A stretch of DNA of 64,000 nucleotides, taken from assembly GCA_022729235.1 (NCBI GenBank), contig JALDAJ010000001.1, positions 416,001-480,000 on the forward strand, in the 5' to 3' direction. Shown in pieces: positions 19,584 through 29,081 of this stretch (the stretch's first letter is position 1; each line of letters begins with the position of its first letter). The position numbers were made by a program, and so were the translations under genes. The DNA comes from Candidatus Nanohalarchaeota archaeon. Its GTDB lineage: Archaea; Nanohalarchaeota; Nanosalinia; Nanosalinales; Nanosalinaceae. The notes beneath the pieces are model-generated. The model did not search any database. It worked only from the letters and a program-made list of their open reading frames with translations, and was not told the origin of the DNA.

Positions 19584-19781
19584 TTACTGGGACGCCGAAA
19601 TGTCGTCCGCCTGAACGGTCTTTCTGCCGGCGTGTTCAGCAAATTCCTTGGCCTCTCGAGCCCTTTCCTCTGCATGCATCTCTAGCTCGTCCCTTAGCTC
19701 TTCAACAGCTCCTTCTGATACTCTTGAAGCTCCGGCCTGTTTAATGATTCTCTTTACTGGTGCAAGCGGTAGTTCTGCCAT
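19584..19781 (-). CDS. Archaeal histone (HMf-like, canonical)
   Basis: [10 protein letters not shown]..., RVS, HAGRKTV..DD; GGAGGTGA RBS upstream. Confidence 0.95.
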   Translation of the reverse strand: MAELPLAPVKRIIKQAGASRVSEGAVEELRDELEMHAEERAREAKEFAEHAGRKTVQADDISASQ

Positions 19782-19951
19782 TATTTGGTCACCTCCTCTA
19801 TGATAAATGTTCTTTCAGTTATTAAAAGGCTTTTCGTTCCTTGATTGACTATAAATGAGTTAATAACGTATTTATTTGTGATAGAATATATGTGCTAGTC
19901 TCAAGGTTTGTAAGAACAGGTTCTAGGGTTCTATAACTTAAACACAGGGTT

Positions 19952-20608
19952 TTAGAGCTGTTTCATCTCGATATCAGCCTGGTCTTCAACCTCTGCTATG
20001 GCGTAGTAGCCATTCATAACTGGACCAGGATTTACGATATCAGTCCCGGCAAGTCTGTCGATTCCTCTTGACTCGTGTATGTGTCCTGTGAGGACGAAGC
20101 TAAAGTCTTTCTCTTCGATAAGCTCGCGGACCTCGGCGCTCCCAACGTGGTCACCGTCCACGACATCAAGTTCCGTGTCTTTCGGGGGCTGGTGGATGAC
20201 CGCTACTCTTGTATCTGAACTCATCCGCTGGTAGAGTGTTTCTACTGCGGTCTTTACCTCATCTCCTGAAGGCTCAAACGGGGTTCCGAAAGGAGTCATC
20301 CCGCCACCGAAACCTACCGCCTCGAAGGCTTCGAACGCGGCGATTTTCTTGTGCAGGTTCATCCTGTGATCCATCAGCTTCCTAACGCATACCTCTTCCG
20401 GATCCATGTTACCCGGTACCGCCTTGATGAGCTTGTCTTTAACGTCAAACGCCTCAAGTATCTCGTTCAGGTTGGACTTGTAATCGGAGAACTCGTTTGC
20501 ATCAGACAGGTCTCCGGCGCACAGCACCGCATCGAACTCCTCTTTCTCCAGTATTTTCTGCAGTTTGTCTACGTCGCCGTGGATGTCGGTAACCAGTAGA
20601 ACTCTCAT
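19952..20608 (-). CDS. Calcineurin-like metallophosphoesterase (Icc-related)
   Basis: DIHG, GDL, GNMD, H.PP and GHIHE motifs. Confidence 0.9.
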   Translation of the reverse strand: MRVLLVTDIHGDVDKLQKILEKEEFDAVLCAGDLSDANEFSDYKSNLNEILEAFDVKDKLIKAVPGNMDPEEVCVRKLMDHRMNLHKKIAAFEAFEAVGFGGGMTPFGTPFEPSGDEVKTAVETLYQRMSSDTRVAVIHQPPKDTELDVVDGDHVGSAEVRELIEEKDFSFVLTGHIHESRGIDRLAGTDIVNPGPVMNGYYAIAEVEDQADIEMKQL

Positions 20609-20638
20609 GTTACTCAAGTCCGTCTCGGAGAATAAAAG

Positions 20639-20845
20639 TTAATGGGAATAGTCTTGATCTTGCACATATTTCGTGAGAACTTCCGCGTGTCTATAACCTT
20701 CAGCCATCGTCTCTTCTACACGTTTATCATATCTTTCTTCCCAGATCTTCTGATTTATTTTTTCTGCTTCCTGTTCAAGAACTCTTCCGAAACCACCGCT
20801 ACCGTCTCCGCTTGCTCCTCCCATACGGCACTTCTTTTTCCCCAA
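20639..20845 (-). CDS. Small hypothetical protein
   Basis: Short charged ORF co-oriented with the phosphoesterase; start may be the internal Met. Confidence 0.4.
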   Translation of the reverse strand: MGKKKCRMGGASGDGSGGFGRVLEQEAEKINQKIWEERYDKRVEETMAEGYRHAEVLTKYVQDQDYSH

Positions 20846-20879
20846 TCTTTACTTAACTTTCGATGACCTGAGAGGGATT

Positions 20880-23800
20880 ATGAGCCTCGAAGTCCAGGTG
20901 GTTGACGCGGACTACATCATCGAGAACGGAGAAGTAGTTGTACGCTGTTTTGGCAAGACCGCGGACGGCGAAAATGTTCTCTTCCTCGACAGAAACTTCC
21001 AGCCGTACCTGTATGCAGTCCCTGCTGGGGATGTCGACATCGAAGATTTGAAGCAGGAGGTCGTAGAAACCGAGTTCGAGAACGAGGATGAGGAGCTGCC
21101 AGTCACGGAGGTAGATAGTCTGGAGATGCTGGACGGAGACGAGGAGATAGAAGTTCTCAAGATTTACTCAAGCATCCCGGCGAACATCCCGAAGCTGAAG
21201 GATGAGCTATGGGATTTACCAGAAGTTAAGGAGTGCCGAGAGTTTGACATCCCGTTCTACAAGCGCTACCTGATGGACCAAGGTATAAGACCGGGCGAAT
21301 GGATCTGTGTCCGGGGCGAGGAATCGGATTCCGGTGAGTTCGACCGTGTTATAGACGCGGACGGTATCGAAACAGGGGTCGAAAGGGACGGAGAGCCGGA
21401 CTGGTACACGCTCGCGTTTGACCTGGAGGTATACCAGGATGAGATAATAATGGCATCTTTCTACGCGGAAGACTTCGAAAAAGTACTGACAACGGAGGAA
21501 ATCGACAAAGAGTTTGTCGAGACCGTGGATGACGAGGAAGCCCTACTGGAGAGGTTCATAAAGATACTTGAAGAAAAAGACGTTGACATACTGACGGGCT
21601 ACAACACTGACGAGTTCGACTTCGATGTTCTAAGGAATCGGGCAGAGCATCACAATATCACACTGTCGCTCGGCAGAGACGGCGAACGCATGAAGTTCAA
21701 CAGGAGAGGTCGGTTCAAGGGTGCCCGACTAAAAGGTCGGATGCACCTTGACCTCTATCCATTCATATCACACGTGCTCGCACCGGGACTGGAGTCCGAG
21801 ACGCTCGACCTTGACTCGGTCGCTGAAGAAGTACTGGGGATGAAGAAGGACGACCTGTCGTGGGAGGAGATGAAGACTTCCTGGAGAGAAAAAGAGGATC
21901 TCGATGTCTTCGCGGATTACGCACTGAGGGACTCGGAACTCGCGTTCAAACTGGGAAGAGAGCTACTCCCACAGATAATAGAGCTCTCCCGAATCACAGG
22001 ACTGATACCGTTCGATGCCTGCCGTTTAACGTACGGTCAGCTGACGGAGAACTTCCTGATAAGGGAGGCGTACGAGAGAGAAATGCTCGCAGCCAACAGG
22101 CCTTCCCGCGATGAACGGGGCAAAAGACGGAGGCAGAACGCCTACGAGGGCGGATTCGTCTACACGCCCGAGGCCGGTCTACACGAGGATATCGGACTGT
22201 TCGACTTCAAGTCGCTGTACCCGACGGTCATGGTTTCCCACAACATCTCGCCTGACACATTGAACCTTGACGACTGCGGGGACAGGTTCACGCTTGAAGA
22301 GTTCGACTACAACTTCTGCCAGGACGAACAGGGCTTCTTCCCCGAACTGGTGGAGGGGCTGGTCGAGGACAGGTCACGTATAAAGGAAAAGATGAAGGAA
22401 TTAGAGGCAGGAAGCCAGGAGTACAAGTCGTTGGACAACAGGCAGAAGGCTGAAAAGATACTTGCAAACTCGTTCTACGGCTACCTTGGCTATAGCGGTG
22501 CGAGATGGTACTCCCGGGAATGCGCCGAGGCAACGACCTATTTAGGACGGGAGTACATCCAGGATACTATCGAGATCGCGGAGGATATGGGATTCGAGGT
22601 GGTCTACGGAGATAGTTTAGACTATTCTAGACAGATTGTCGTAAAAAATCCTCGAGGAGATATTGAGTTCATTGAAATAGGTGAATTTGTAGAGAAAACT
22701 GATAAACCGGAAACATATGAAACCATAGCTTGGGATGAAGAACGGGGTAAAGCCGTCTTTAAACCTGTGAAGAGAGCAATAGTGCATGACTATGAAGAGA
22801 GAATGCTTAGATTTGATACCAATCGAGGCAGAACCAAGGTAACGCCACAGCATTCAGTCTACAAATATGAAGATGGTGAAATTAAGCTGGCAGACGCAGA
22901 ACAATTAGAACAGGGAGATTGTCTCGTATCTTTATCAGCTCCACCTAAGACTAATGCAAGATACACTGCAGGCGATTTAATTGATCTCACAGATTTTGAC
23001 TATGGAGATTCCGAACTTAGAGCTTACTTAGATACTAGGGAGTTTCCAGCTGAGATAGGAGAATGCCCTTACTGCCAAGAAGAATACTACCTGTCTTCTC
23101 ATGTCTATAGTCAACATGCTGAGAGGAGGGTTGAATTAGAAGAAGCTACATCAGAATATTCATATATTGGATGTAAGAATGCAAAAGCAGGGAAGATACC
23201 GAGGTTTCTGGAGTTGACTCCCGAGTTTGCTTGGGTTCTAGGCTTCTACTGTGGCGACGGTTCGGCGTCTATTGGAGATAAACAAATGATTTCGTTTGGA
23301 GGCCAAGATAAAGAAAATATTCAGAGAGTCAAGGAGTTCTTCGACGGCATTTTGGAAGATGAATTAGTTATCATAGAGGATGTTGACCCTCGAACAGGCA
23401 ATAAGATGTACTACTACAGAGTTCAAAGGAAGTCCTTAGTAAAATTCTTTGTTAACGGTTTAGAGACAGGTATAGGGTGCTCTGGTAAGAAGGTTCCAAA
23501 TGTCATATTGAACGGTGATGAGGAACTAAAGAAGTCCTTTATAGAAGGTTACTTTGAGGCTGATGGGTCTAAAGAGAGGGTGCACGACTCCCGATATAAT
23601 TCTGAAAGTATGCGTTTCTCCAGCAAAAGTCCTTATCTGGCGAACCAAATCCAATATATTTTGAAGCAGCTGAAATTAGGAGAGAACAGATATGGAAGGA
23701 AGATAAATGATGTTTCGTATAAGTATCGTGATGATAAACCTGAGATTAAGTCAATAAGAAACACTGCGCCTAGGAAACCTGGGTTTGCAGAGCTTAACTT

Positions 23801-24599
23801 TACCCCTGCAAGAATTAGTCAGATAAAGGAAGTAGACCCCACTAAGGACAGAGTATATGATTTAGAGGTTAAGGGTGAACATAACTTTGTGGATGCAGAA
23901 GGACTTTTGCTAGTTCACAACACAGACTCCGTGTTCCTGAAGTCTGAAGGACTCAGGGATAAGATCGACAGCTTCCTGAAAGAGGTTAACGATGAACTGC
24001 CGGAGTTTATGCAGTTAGAGCTTGAAGGTGTCTTCAAACACGGGTTCTTCACCTCGACAGAGAGCGGTGAAGGTGCGAAGAAGAAGTACGCGCTTCTCGC
24101 GGAGGACGGAAGCATGAAGATAACAGGGTTCGAGCAGGTCCGGCGGGACTGGAGCCCTGTTGCAAAGCAGACGCAGAAAAAAGTGCTCCGGATGGTCCTA
24201 GAGGACGAGGTCAAGAAAGCTGTTGAAGAGGTCAAATCGACCGTGGAAGATTTACGCGACGGTAAAATCCCTGTGGAGGATTTGAGGATTTACACCACAT
24301 TAACGAAGAAGCCGGAGAACTACGAGTCCACCGCACCGCATGTCGAGGCGGCGAAAAAGGCTATCGAACGCGGGGAAGACATCAGCCCAGGTACGACCAT
24401 CGACTACGTGGTCACGAGAGGCTCCGGAACTATCTCATCCCGCGCGGAACTGGCGAAGTACGCGGAGGACTACGACCCGGATTACTATATCGAGAACCAG
24501 ATAGTGCCCGCGTCTCTACGCGCGCTGAAAGTGTTTGGCTACACCGCGGACCAGCTCAAGGGGGAAGGTAAGCAGAGCGGGCTGGATAGGTTCGGATGA
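20880..24599 (+). CDS. polB: Family B DNA polymerase containing an intein
   Basis: FDLE, YN.D.FD, DFKSLYP, K...NS.YGY, YGD/TDS and KKKY motifs. Confidence 0.97.
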   Translation: MSLEVQVVDADYIIENGEVVVRCFGKTADGENVLFLDRNFQPYLYAVPAGDVDIEDLKQEVVETEFENEDEELPVTEVDSLEMLDGDEEIEVLKIYSSIPANIPKLKDELWDLPEVKECREFDIPFYKRYLMDQGIRPGEWICVRGEESDSGEFDRVIDADGIETGVERDGEPDWYTLAFDLEVYQDEIIMASFYAEDFEKVLTTEEIDKEFVETVDDEEALLERFIKILEEKDVDILTGYNTDEFDFDVLRNRAEHHNITLSLGRDGERMKFNRRGRFKGARLKGRMHLDLYPFISHVLAPGLESETLDLDSVAEEVLGMKKDDLSWEEMKTSWREKEDLDVFADYALRDSELAFKLGRELLPQIIELSRITGLIPFDACRLTYGQLTENFLIREAYEREMLAANRPSRDERGKRRRQNAYEGGFVYTPEAGLHEDIGLFDFKSLYPTVMVSHNISPDTLNLDDCGDRFTLEEFDYNFCQDEQGFFPELVEGLVEDRSRIKEKMKELEAGSQEYKSLDNRQKAEKILANSFYGYLGYSGARWYSRECAEATTYLGREYIQDTIEIAEDMGFEVVYGDSLDYSRQIVVKNPRGDIEFIEIGEFVEKTDKPETYETIAWDEERGKAVFKPVKRAIVHDYEERMLRFDTNRGRTKVTPQHSVYKYEDGEIKLADAEQLEQGDCLVSLSAPPKTNARYTAGDLIDLTDFDYGDSELRAYLDTREFPAEIGECPYCQEEYYLSSHVYSQHAERRVELEEATSEYSYIGCKNAKAGKIPRFLELTPEFAWVLGFYCGDGSASIGDKQMISFGGQDKENIQRVKEFFDGILEDELVIIEDVDPRTGNKMYYYRVQRKSLVKFFVNGLETGIGCSGKKVPNVILNGDEELKKSFIEGYFEADGSKERVHDSRYNSESMRFSSKSPYLANQIQYILKQLKLGENRYGRKINDVSYKYRDDKPEIKSIRNTAPRKPGFAELNFTPARISQIKEVDPTKDRVYDLEVKGEHNFVDAEGLLLVHNTDSVFLKSEGLRDKIDSFLKEVNDELPEFMQLELEGVFKHGFFTSTESGEGAKKKYALLAEDGSMKITGFEQVRRDWSPVAKQTQKKVLRMVLEDEVKKAVEEVKSTVEDLRDGKIPVEDLRIYTTLTKKPENYESTAPHVEAAKKAIERGEDISPGTTIDYVVTRGSGTISSRAELAKYAEDYDPDYYIENQIVPASLRALKVFGYTADQLKGEGKQSGLDRFG
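22614..23921 (+). mobile_element. Intein with LAGLIDADG homing endonuclease (436 aa) in the YGD|TDS motif of PolB
   Basis: Starts at Ser after VYGD, block B VTPQH, LGFYCGDGS and IEGYFEADGS, ends VHN before T; AT-richer than the exteins. Confidence 0.95.
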
Positions 24600-24600
24600 A

Positions 24601-25260
24601 CTACTTGAAAATCTCTCCGGTTTCCATTGACCACAGTAGTAGGTCGAGTTCTTGCACACCTATCCCTGTTTCCTCCGACAGCTCTCTTATTTTTCTCTCC
24701 GCATCCATGTAGTCTTCTTTGCTAGTCGGCGTTTCCGGTGATTCAAGCATGCCGAGTTGGTGGAGCTTCTTGGAGATGTATGCGGAGACTATTGCAAACT
24801 CGTCCCCGTAACCGATATTGCGCAGGAAGTGCGATGCACCCTTCCATCCTATGCCCTGCAGATCACCTACCAGCTGCTCACGGACCCTTTCGAGGTCGTC
24901 AGGATCGATCCTGTCCATTAGTTTCAGGTCTCCCGAGGGATCGTTAAGCGTAGGCTGTGAGAGGTCTTCCCGGTTGTCGACGATGTAGCGCGCCTTGTTC
25001 TCCTCGTACTGGACGTTGTAGTTCCGCAGGACCTCTGCGATTTCTTCCCGCGAACCGTTTCTCAAAAGGCTGAGCTCTGCAAGCTTCTCGGTAGCCTCCC
25101 AGGACTTTTTCGCCTCGCTTCTAGAGGTCAAAAGCACGAAAACCAGCTCCTTGAACAGTCGCCAGTCGTCCGCATCACGCAACCCGCGGAACTCTTCCAG
25201 CCTATTCTCTGTAACCCCCTGTTTCTCGAGATACTCTTCTTGCAGTTCTTCCGGCTCCAT
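24601..25260 (-). CDS. ogg: Archaeal 8-oxoguanine N-glycosylase/DNA lyase homolog (Ogg2 type)
   Basis: LF.EL.F.LLT, G.G.K.ASHFLRN.G, LDL.LW...TG...K; start MEPEE at 25260. Confidence 0.85.
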   Translation of the reverse strand: MEPEELQEEYLEKQGVTENRLEEFRGLRDADDWRLFKELVFVLLTSRSEAKKSWEATEKLAELSLLRNGSREEIAEVLRNYNVQYEENKARYIVDNREDLSQPTLNDPSGDLKLMDRIDPDDLERVREQLVGDLQGIGWKGASHFLRNIGYGDEFAIVSAYISKKLHQLGMLESPETPTSKEDYMDAERKIRELSEETGIGVQELDLLLWSMETGEIFK

Positions 25261-25298
25261 AGAATTAGCTTGGTCGCCGAGTCTTATGTTCTGCAGGG

Positions 25299-26711
25299 TC
25301 AGGCGCTGTGTATCGACTCGTCCTTCGCATCCTCGCACGCCTCCTGGAAAGCTTCTGGAAAAGTCGGATGTGCGTGAATAGTGTTGATTATGTCATCGAG
25401 GTAGGCCTGCATCTCGAGAGCTAGTGTTGCCTCTGCGATTATATCTGAGGCACGGGGACCCACTATCTGCGTGCCGAGTAATTTTTCATCAGTTGATGCT
25501 ACTACACGTACGAACCCGGAGTCCTGGTTCGTTGTTAGTGCACGCCCTGAAGAAGAGAACGGGAATTTACCTGTCTTTATTTCGCTGAACTCTTCCTTTG
25601 CTTCTTCAGGGGTCATTCCTACCACCGCGATTTCTGGATCGGTGTAAATTACCTTTGGGATATAATGGTTGTCAAATGCTGCAGGCTCTCCTGCTATGAC
25701 TTCCGCCGCGACTTTACCTTCCCGGTACGCCTTGTGCGCCAGGAGAGGTTGTCCTGCACAGTCCCCAATCGCGTATATCCCGGGGTCAGAGGTCTCCATA
25801 GTCTCGTCTACTTCTACAAATCCCTTTTCATCTACCTCTACAGATGTGTTTTCTATATCGAGTTCTTCAAGCACGGGGTTGGGAGTTCTTCCTACCGCCA
25901 CCAGGACATAGTCTCCTTCAACTTCTATCTCTTCCCCGTCCTGTTCTGCGACCACTACAGCTTTTTCATTGCCATCTCTCAGTTCTTTCGCCTCCGCGTT
26001 CGTGTAGATTTCGTCCCCGTAGCAGGGAGATACTTCCCTTATCTCTTCCACGAGCGCCTCGTCGAAGTTAGGTAACACGCGTTCATGGGCTTCAAGTACT
26101 TTGACTGTTGATCCGAACTTGCAGAACTTTGTCACTGCCTCAAGACCTATGTAACCGCCGCCTATTACCACGAGTTCTTCCGGTACTTCATCCAGTTCAA
26201 GCAGCTCGCGGGAACTGATTACTTTTTCATGGTCGAACTCGAAGCCTTCCAGTTCTACGGGTTTAGAGCCGGTGGCTATTATCGCGTTTTCAAACTCTAT
26301 GTTTACTGCATCGTGTTCCTCTTCCACTCTTAATGTATTTGAGTCCTGGAAATGGGCGGTACCCTGGATAAATTCCACGCCATGCTGTTCCAGTAGCTGT
26401 TCGATACCGTGTGTTAATTTGGTCCGAGCCTCGCTTTTCCACTCCTGTATCTCCTGGAAATCGATTTCCAGGTTGTCAGTATGTATCCCGATTTCTGCCC
26501 AGTGCTTGATATTTTCCTGGAAACCAGCCGCGTGTATCAATGCCTTAGCCGGAATACAGCCGTGGTTGAGACATACTCCTCCTACTTTTTCCTTATCCAC
26601 GAGAACAACATCGTTCCCCTTCTGAGCAGCTCTCAACGCGGCGGCGTAACCTCCCGGACCCGCACCTATAACGACTACATCAGCACCTGTCGCGATATCA
26701 CCTACGACAAT
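25299..26711 (-). CDS. lpdA: Dihydrolipoamide dehydrogenase (E3); apparent ATT start
   Basis: VVGDIATG, GAGPGGY, GGVCLNHGC, HAHPT; the FAD-binding motif lies upstream of the track's start. Confidence 0.93.
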   Translation of the reverse strand: MVVGDIATGADVVVIGAGPGGYAAALRAAQKGNDVVLVDKEKVGGVCLNHGCIPAKALIHAAGFQENIKHWAEIGIHTDNLEIDFQEIQEWKSEARTKLTHGIEQLLEQHGVEFIQGTAHFQDSNTLRVEEEHDAVNIEFENAIIATGSKPVELEGFEFDHEKVISSRELLELDEVPEELVVIGGGYIGLEAVTKFCKFGSTVKVLEAHERVLPNFDEALVEEIREVSPCYGDEIYTNAEAKELRDGNEKAVVVAEQDGEEIEVEGDYVLVAVGRTPNPVLEELDIENTSVEVDEKGFVEVDETMETSDPGIYAIGDCAGQPLLAHKAYREGKVAAEVIAGEPAAFDNHYIPKVIYTDPEIAVVGMTPEEAKEEFSEIKTGKFPFSSSGRALTTNQDSGFVRVVASTDEKLLGTQIVGPRASDIIAEATLALEMQAYLDDIINTIHAHPTFPEAFQEACEDAKDESIHSA

Positions 26712-26721
26712 AATTCATCAC

Positions 26722-28203
26722 CTATATCTCCATCAGGAGTTCCCCGGGATCTTCGAGGTTTTCCACTACCGTGTTCATGAACCGTGCCGCGGTCGCTCCG
26801 TCGATTACGCGGTGGTCGTAGCTGAGCGATAGTTTTACAGTGTGTCTCGGGACTATTTCTCCGTCTACCACTTCCGCGGTCTCCGATATCTTGCCGATGC
26901 CGAGTATCGCAACCTGCGGAGGATTTATGATGGGTGTGAATGCGTCTCCTCCGATAACCCCGAGGTTTGTGATGGAGAACGTGCCGCCCTCCATCTCGTC
27001 TTTTGATATCTCGCCTTCGAGAGTCTTATCCACTTTCTCTCCTATACTCTGGGCAAGCTCCACTATAGTTCTATCATCGATACTATCTATTACCGGTATT
27101 CTCAGACCTCTCTCCGTGTCAACCGCTATATTGAAGTCGTAGTACTTCTTTCTCACAACCTCCTCGCTCTCCTCGTCGAGCTCAGCGTTCAGGTCGGGGT
27201 AATCCTTCAGTCCTACGAGAACAGCTTTCATTATGAAAGGCAGATAGGTAAGGTGTACATCGACTTCATCTTTCTTGTCCTCCCGTAGTTCCACGAGTTC
27301 AGTGATATCTACCTTCTCGATATGGGTTACGTGAGGAGCGGTGAATCGTGATTCCTCCATCTTCTCCGCAACGACTTTGTTCGATGGCGACATCTCCACC
27401 CGCTCGACCTCACCCCTCTCGGTGCTGGTGGTTTCGCCTTTCTCTTCATCTACGGACTTGGATGAGCCTCCAGATGCAGCTTCGAGGACATCTTCTCTAG
27501 TTATCTTTCCTCCTCTACCGCTTCCTTTAACTCCGGTCAGGTCGATACTTTTCTCCCGGGCGAGTTTTCTGACCGCAGGGGTTGCCTTGACATCCACGTT
27601 CGCCGGGGTCTCGGAAGTATCTCCTGTTCCAGTATCCTGTTCCGGCGAGGAGTCTTTCCTATCTTTTTCCGCATCTTTCGCGACCGTCTTATCTCCTGCC
27701 TCGGCATTAACGTCGTCTTCTGTTATTCTACCTCCTGGTCCGCTGCCGTTCACCCTGTCGAGGTCGACATTTTTCTCTTCCGCCAGTTTCCTCACCTTGG
27801 GAAGCGCCAAAACATCCCCGGAAGAGCTAGTGTTAGTATCATTTTCCGCATCAACCTCTTCTTCCCCTTCAACTTCGCTTTCTTTCTCTTCTTGCTGTTC
27901 TTCTCCAGCACTATCTCCGTCCCCTTCTACTTCCTCGTCGCCAGTACTCTCCGCATTATCACTTCCGCCACCGGCATCCATCACCATGATGACTTCCCCT
28001 ACGTCCACAGTGTCGCCCGGCTCTGCTCTCAGTTCTTTTATCGTCCCGTCTGCAGGCGCAGGAACATCCACAACTGCCTTGTCGGTCTCGACCTCTGCGA
28101 CGGTCTGGTCTTCCTCAACTTCTTCTCCCTCCTCTACCAGCCATTCTAGAAAGGTTCCTTCCGTGACTCCTTCTCCCGTGTCAGGTAGCTTGAACTTAAG
28201 CAT
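26722..28203 (-). CDS. pdhC: Dihydrolipoamide acyltransferase (E2), one lipoyl domain and two subunit-binding domains
   Basis: ETDKA lipoyl site, two P.VRKLA...G..G.IT repeats, DHRVIDGA. Confidence 0.93.
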   Translation of the reverse strand: MLKFKLPDTGEGVTEGTFLEWLVEEGEEVEEDQTVAEVETDKAVVDVPAPADGTIKELRAEPGDTVDVGEVIMVMDAGGGSDNAESTGDEEVEGDGDSAGEEQQEEKESEVEGEEEVDAENDTNTSSSGDVLALPKVRKLAEEKNVDLDRVNGSGPGGRITEDDVNAEAGDKTVAKDAEKDRKDSSPEQDTGTGDTSETPANVDVKATPAVRKLAREKSIDLTGVKGSGRGGKITREDVLEAASGGSSKSVDEEKGETTSTERGEVERVEMSPSNKVVAEKMEESRFTAPHVTHIEKVDITELVELREDKKDEVDVHLTYLPFIMKAVLVGLKDYPDLNAELDEESEEVVRKKYYDFNIAVDTERGLRIPVIDSIDDRTIVELAQSIGEKVDKTLEGEISKDEMEGGTFSITNLGVIGGDAFTPIINPPQVAILGIGKISETAEVVDGEIVPRHTVKLSLSYDHRVIDGATAARFMNTVVENLEDPGELLMEI

Positions 28204-28374
28204 ATCTACCGCCTATCGAGCTCACTGAGACTGTAGGAATATTTTATACCTGTATCTGACATACTCTTAGTTTTCCCTTCCTCTCCTAATTAAACTACCT
28301 CATATACTGTTGAGTAAAGACGGTTCACTATCTCTGCCACCACAACTAAAAATTTCGTAGTGCGAAGTTAAGAT

Positions 28375-29073
28375 ATGCCGGGGGAAAAAGTGTTAGTCGA
28401 ACGGGAATATCCTCTCATGGTTCTCCGCAAATATCGGCTTGATGAGCCTTTATCTACGGATTCAACTCGTGAAGAGTTAGAGCATCTTATAGCTGAGCAA
28501 GGTGATGGTAAAAGTCATACATGGGGGTATTTCCCGGAAATGAATCCTGATAAGGACAAGTACCCTGAATGTATTGATTTAGCCAAACAAATCGAGGAGG
28601 AAGTTCTGATGCCGCACAGTTTGAGTGATTCAATGAACTTACAGTTGGCATTTGTCCGTCTCGCCACAGATGAGCCGGAATCAGACTTTGGAGGTATGCA
28701 CATTGACGTGAATAGGGGTATCGGACATGAATGGCCGGACGCTATCGATTGGCAGAATCACCATATTATACGCACCTTGTTTAACGTCGGTGAATCTCCT
28801 CGCAACCTTGAGTTTGCTGATGTAACTGTCAAAGAACTACGGGAAGCGTACAATCAGGATGTGGCGCGTGACAAGTATGAACCGCTCGACCTCCCGGATA
28901 AAATACCAACACAGACGGTGGCAATCCCTCCTCTTGAACCTGATGCCATTCACTGTGTAGTGTTCATATCAAGTCTAATCCCGCATGCAGGCCGAACAAG
29001 CGGTTCAGGACATTTCCTAGTAAGTCATGGAGGCTACATATTGAACGAAAAAGTACCTACAGTTTTCCAGTAA
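28375..29073 (+). CDS. Hypothetical protein, possible 2OG-Fe(II) dioxygenase-like fold
   Basis: GMHID...PHAG (HxD...H) pattern; antisense to and inside the pdh operon; atypical codon use. Confidence 0.55.
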   Translation: MPGEKVLVEREYPLMVLRKYRLDEPLSTDSTREELEHLIAEQGDGKSHTWGYFPEMNPDKDKYPECIDLAKQIEEEVLMPHSLSDSMNLQLAFVRLATDEPESDFGGMHIDVNRGIGHEWPDAIDWQNHHIIRTLFNVGESPRNLEFADVTVKELREAYNQDVARDKYEPLDLPDKIPTQTVAIPPLEPDAIHCVVFISSLIPHAGRTSGSGHFLVSHGGYILNEKVPTVFQ

Positions 29074-29081
29074 TAACCTAT

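Noticed and set aside
27341-28228. 295-aa plus-strand ORF and the many other Ser-rich antisense ORFs in the track
   Set aside because: Shadow frames of acidic genes (GAA/GAG/GAC read as Ser/Phe/Leu/Val on the opposite strand); no motifs
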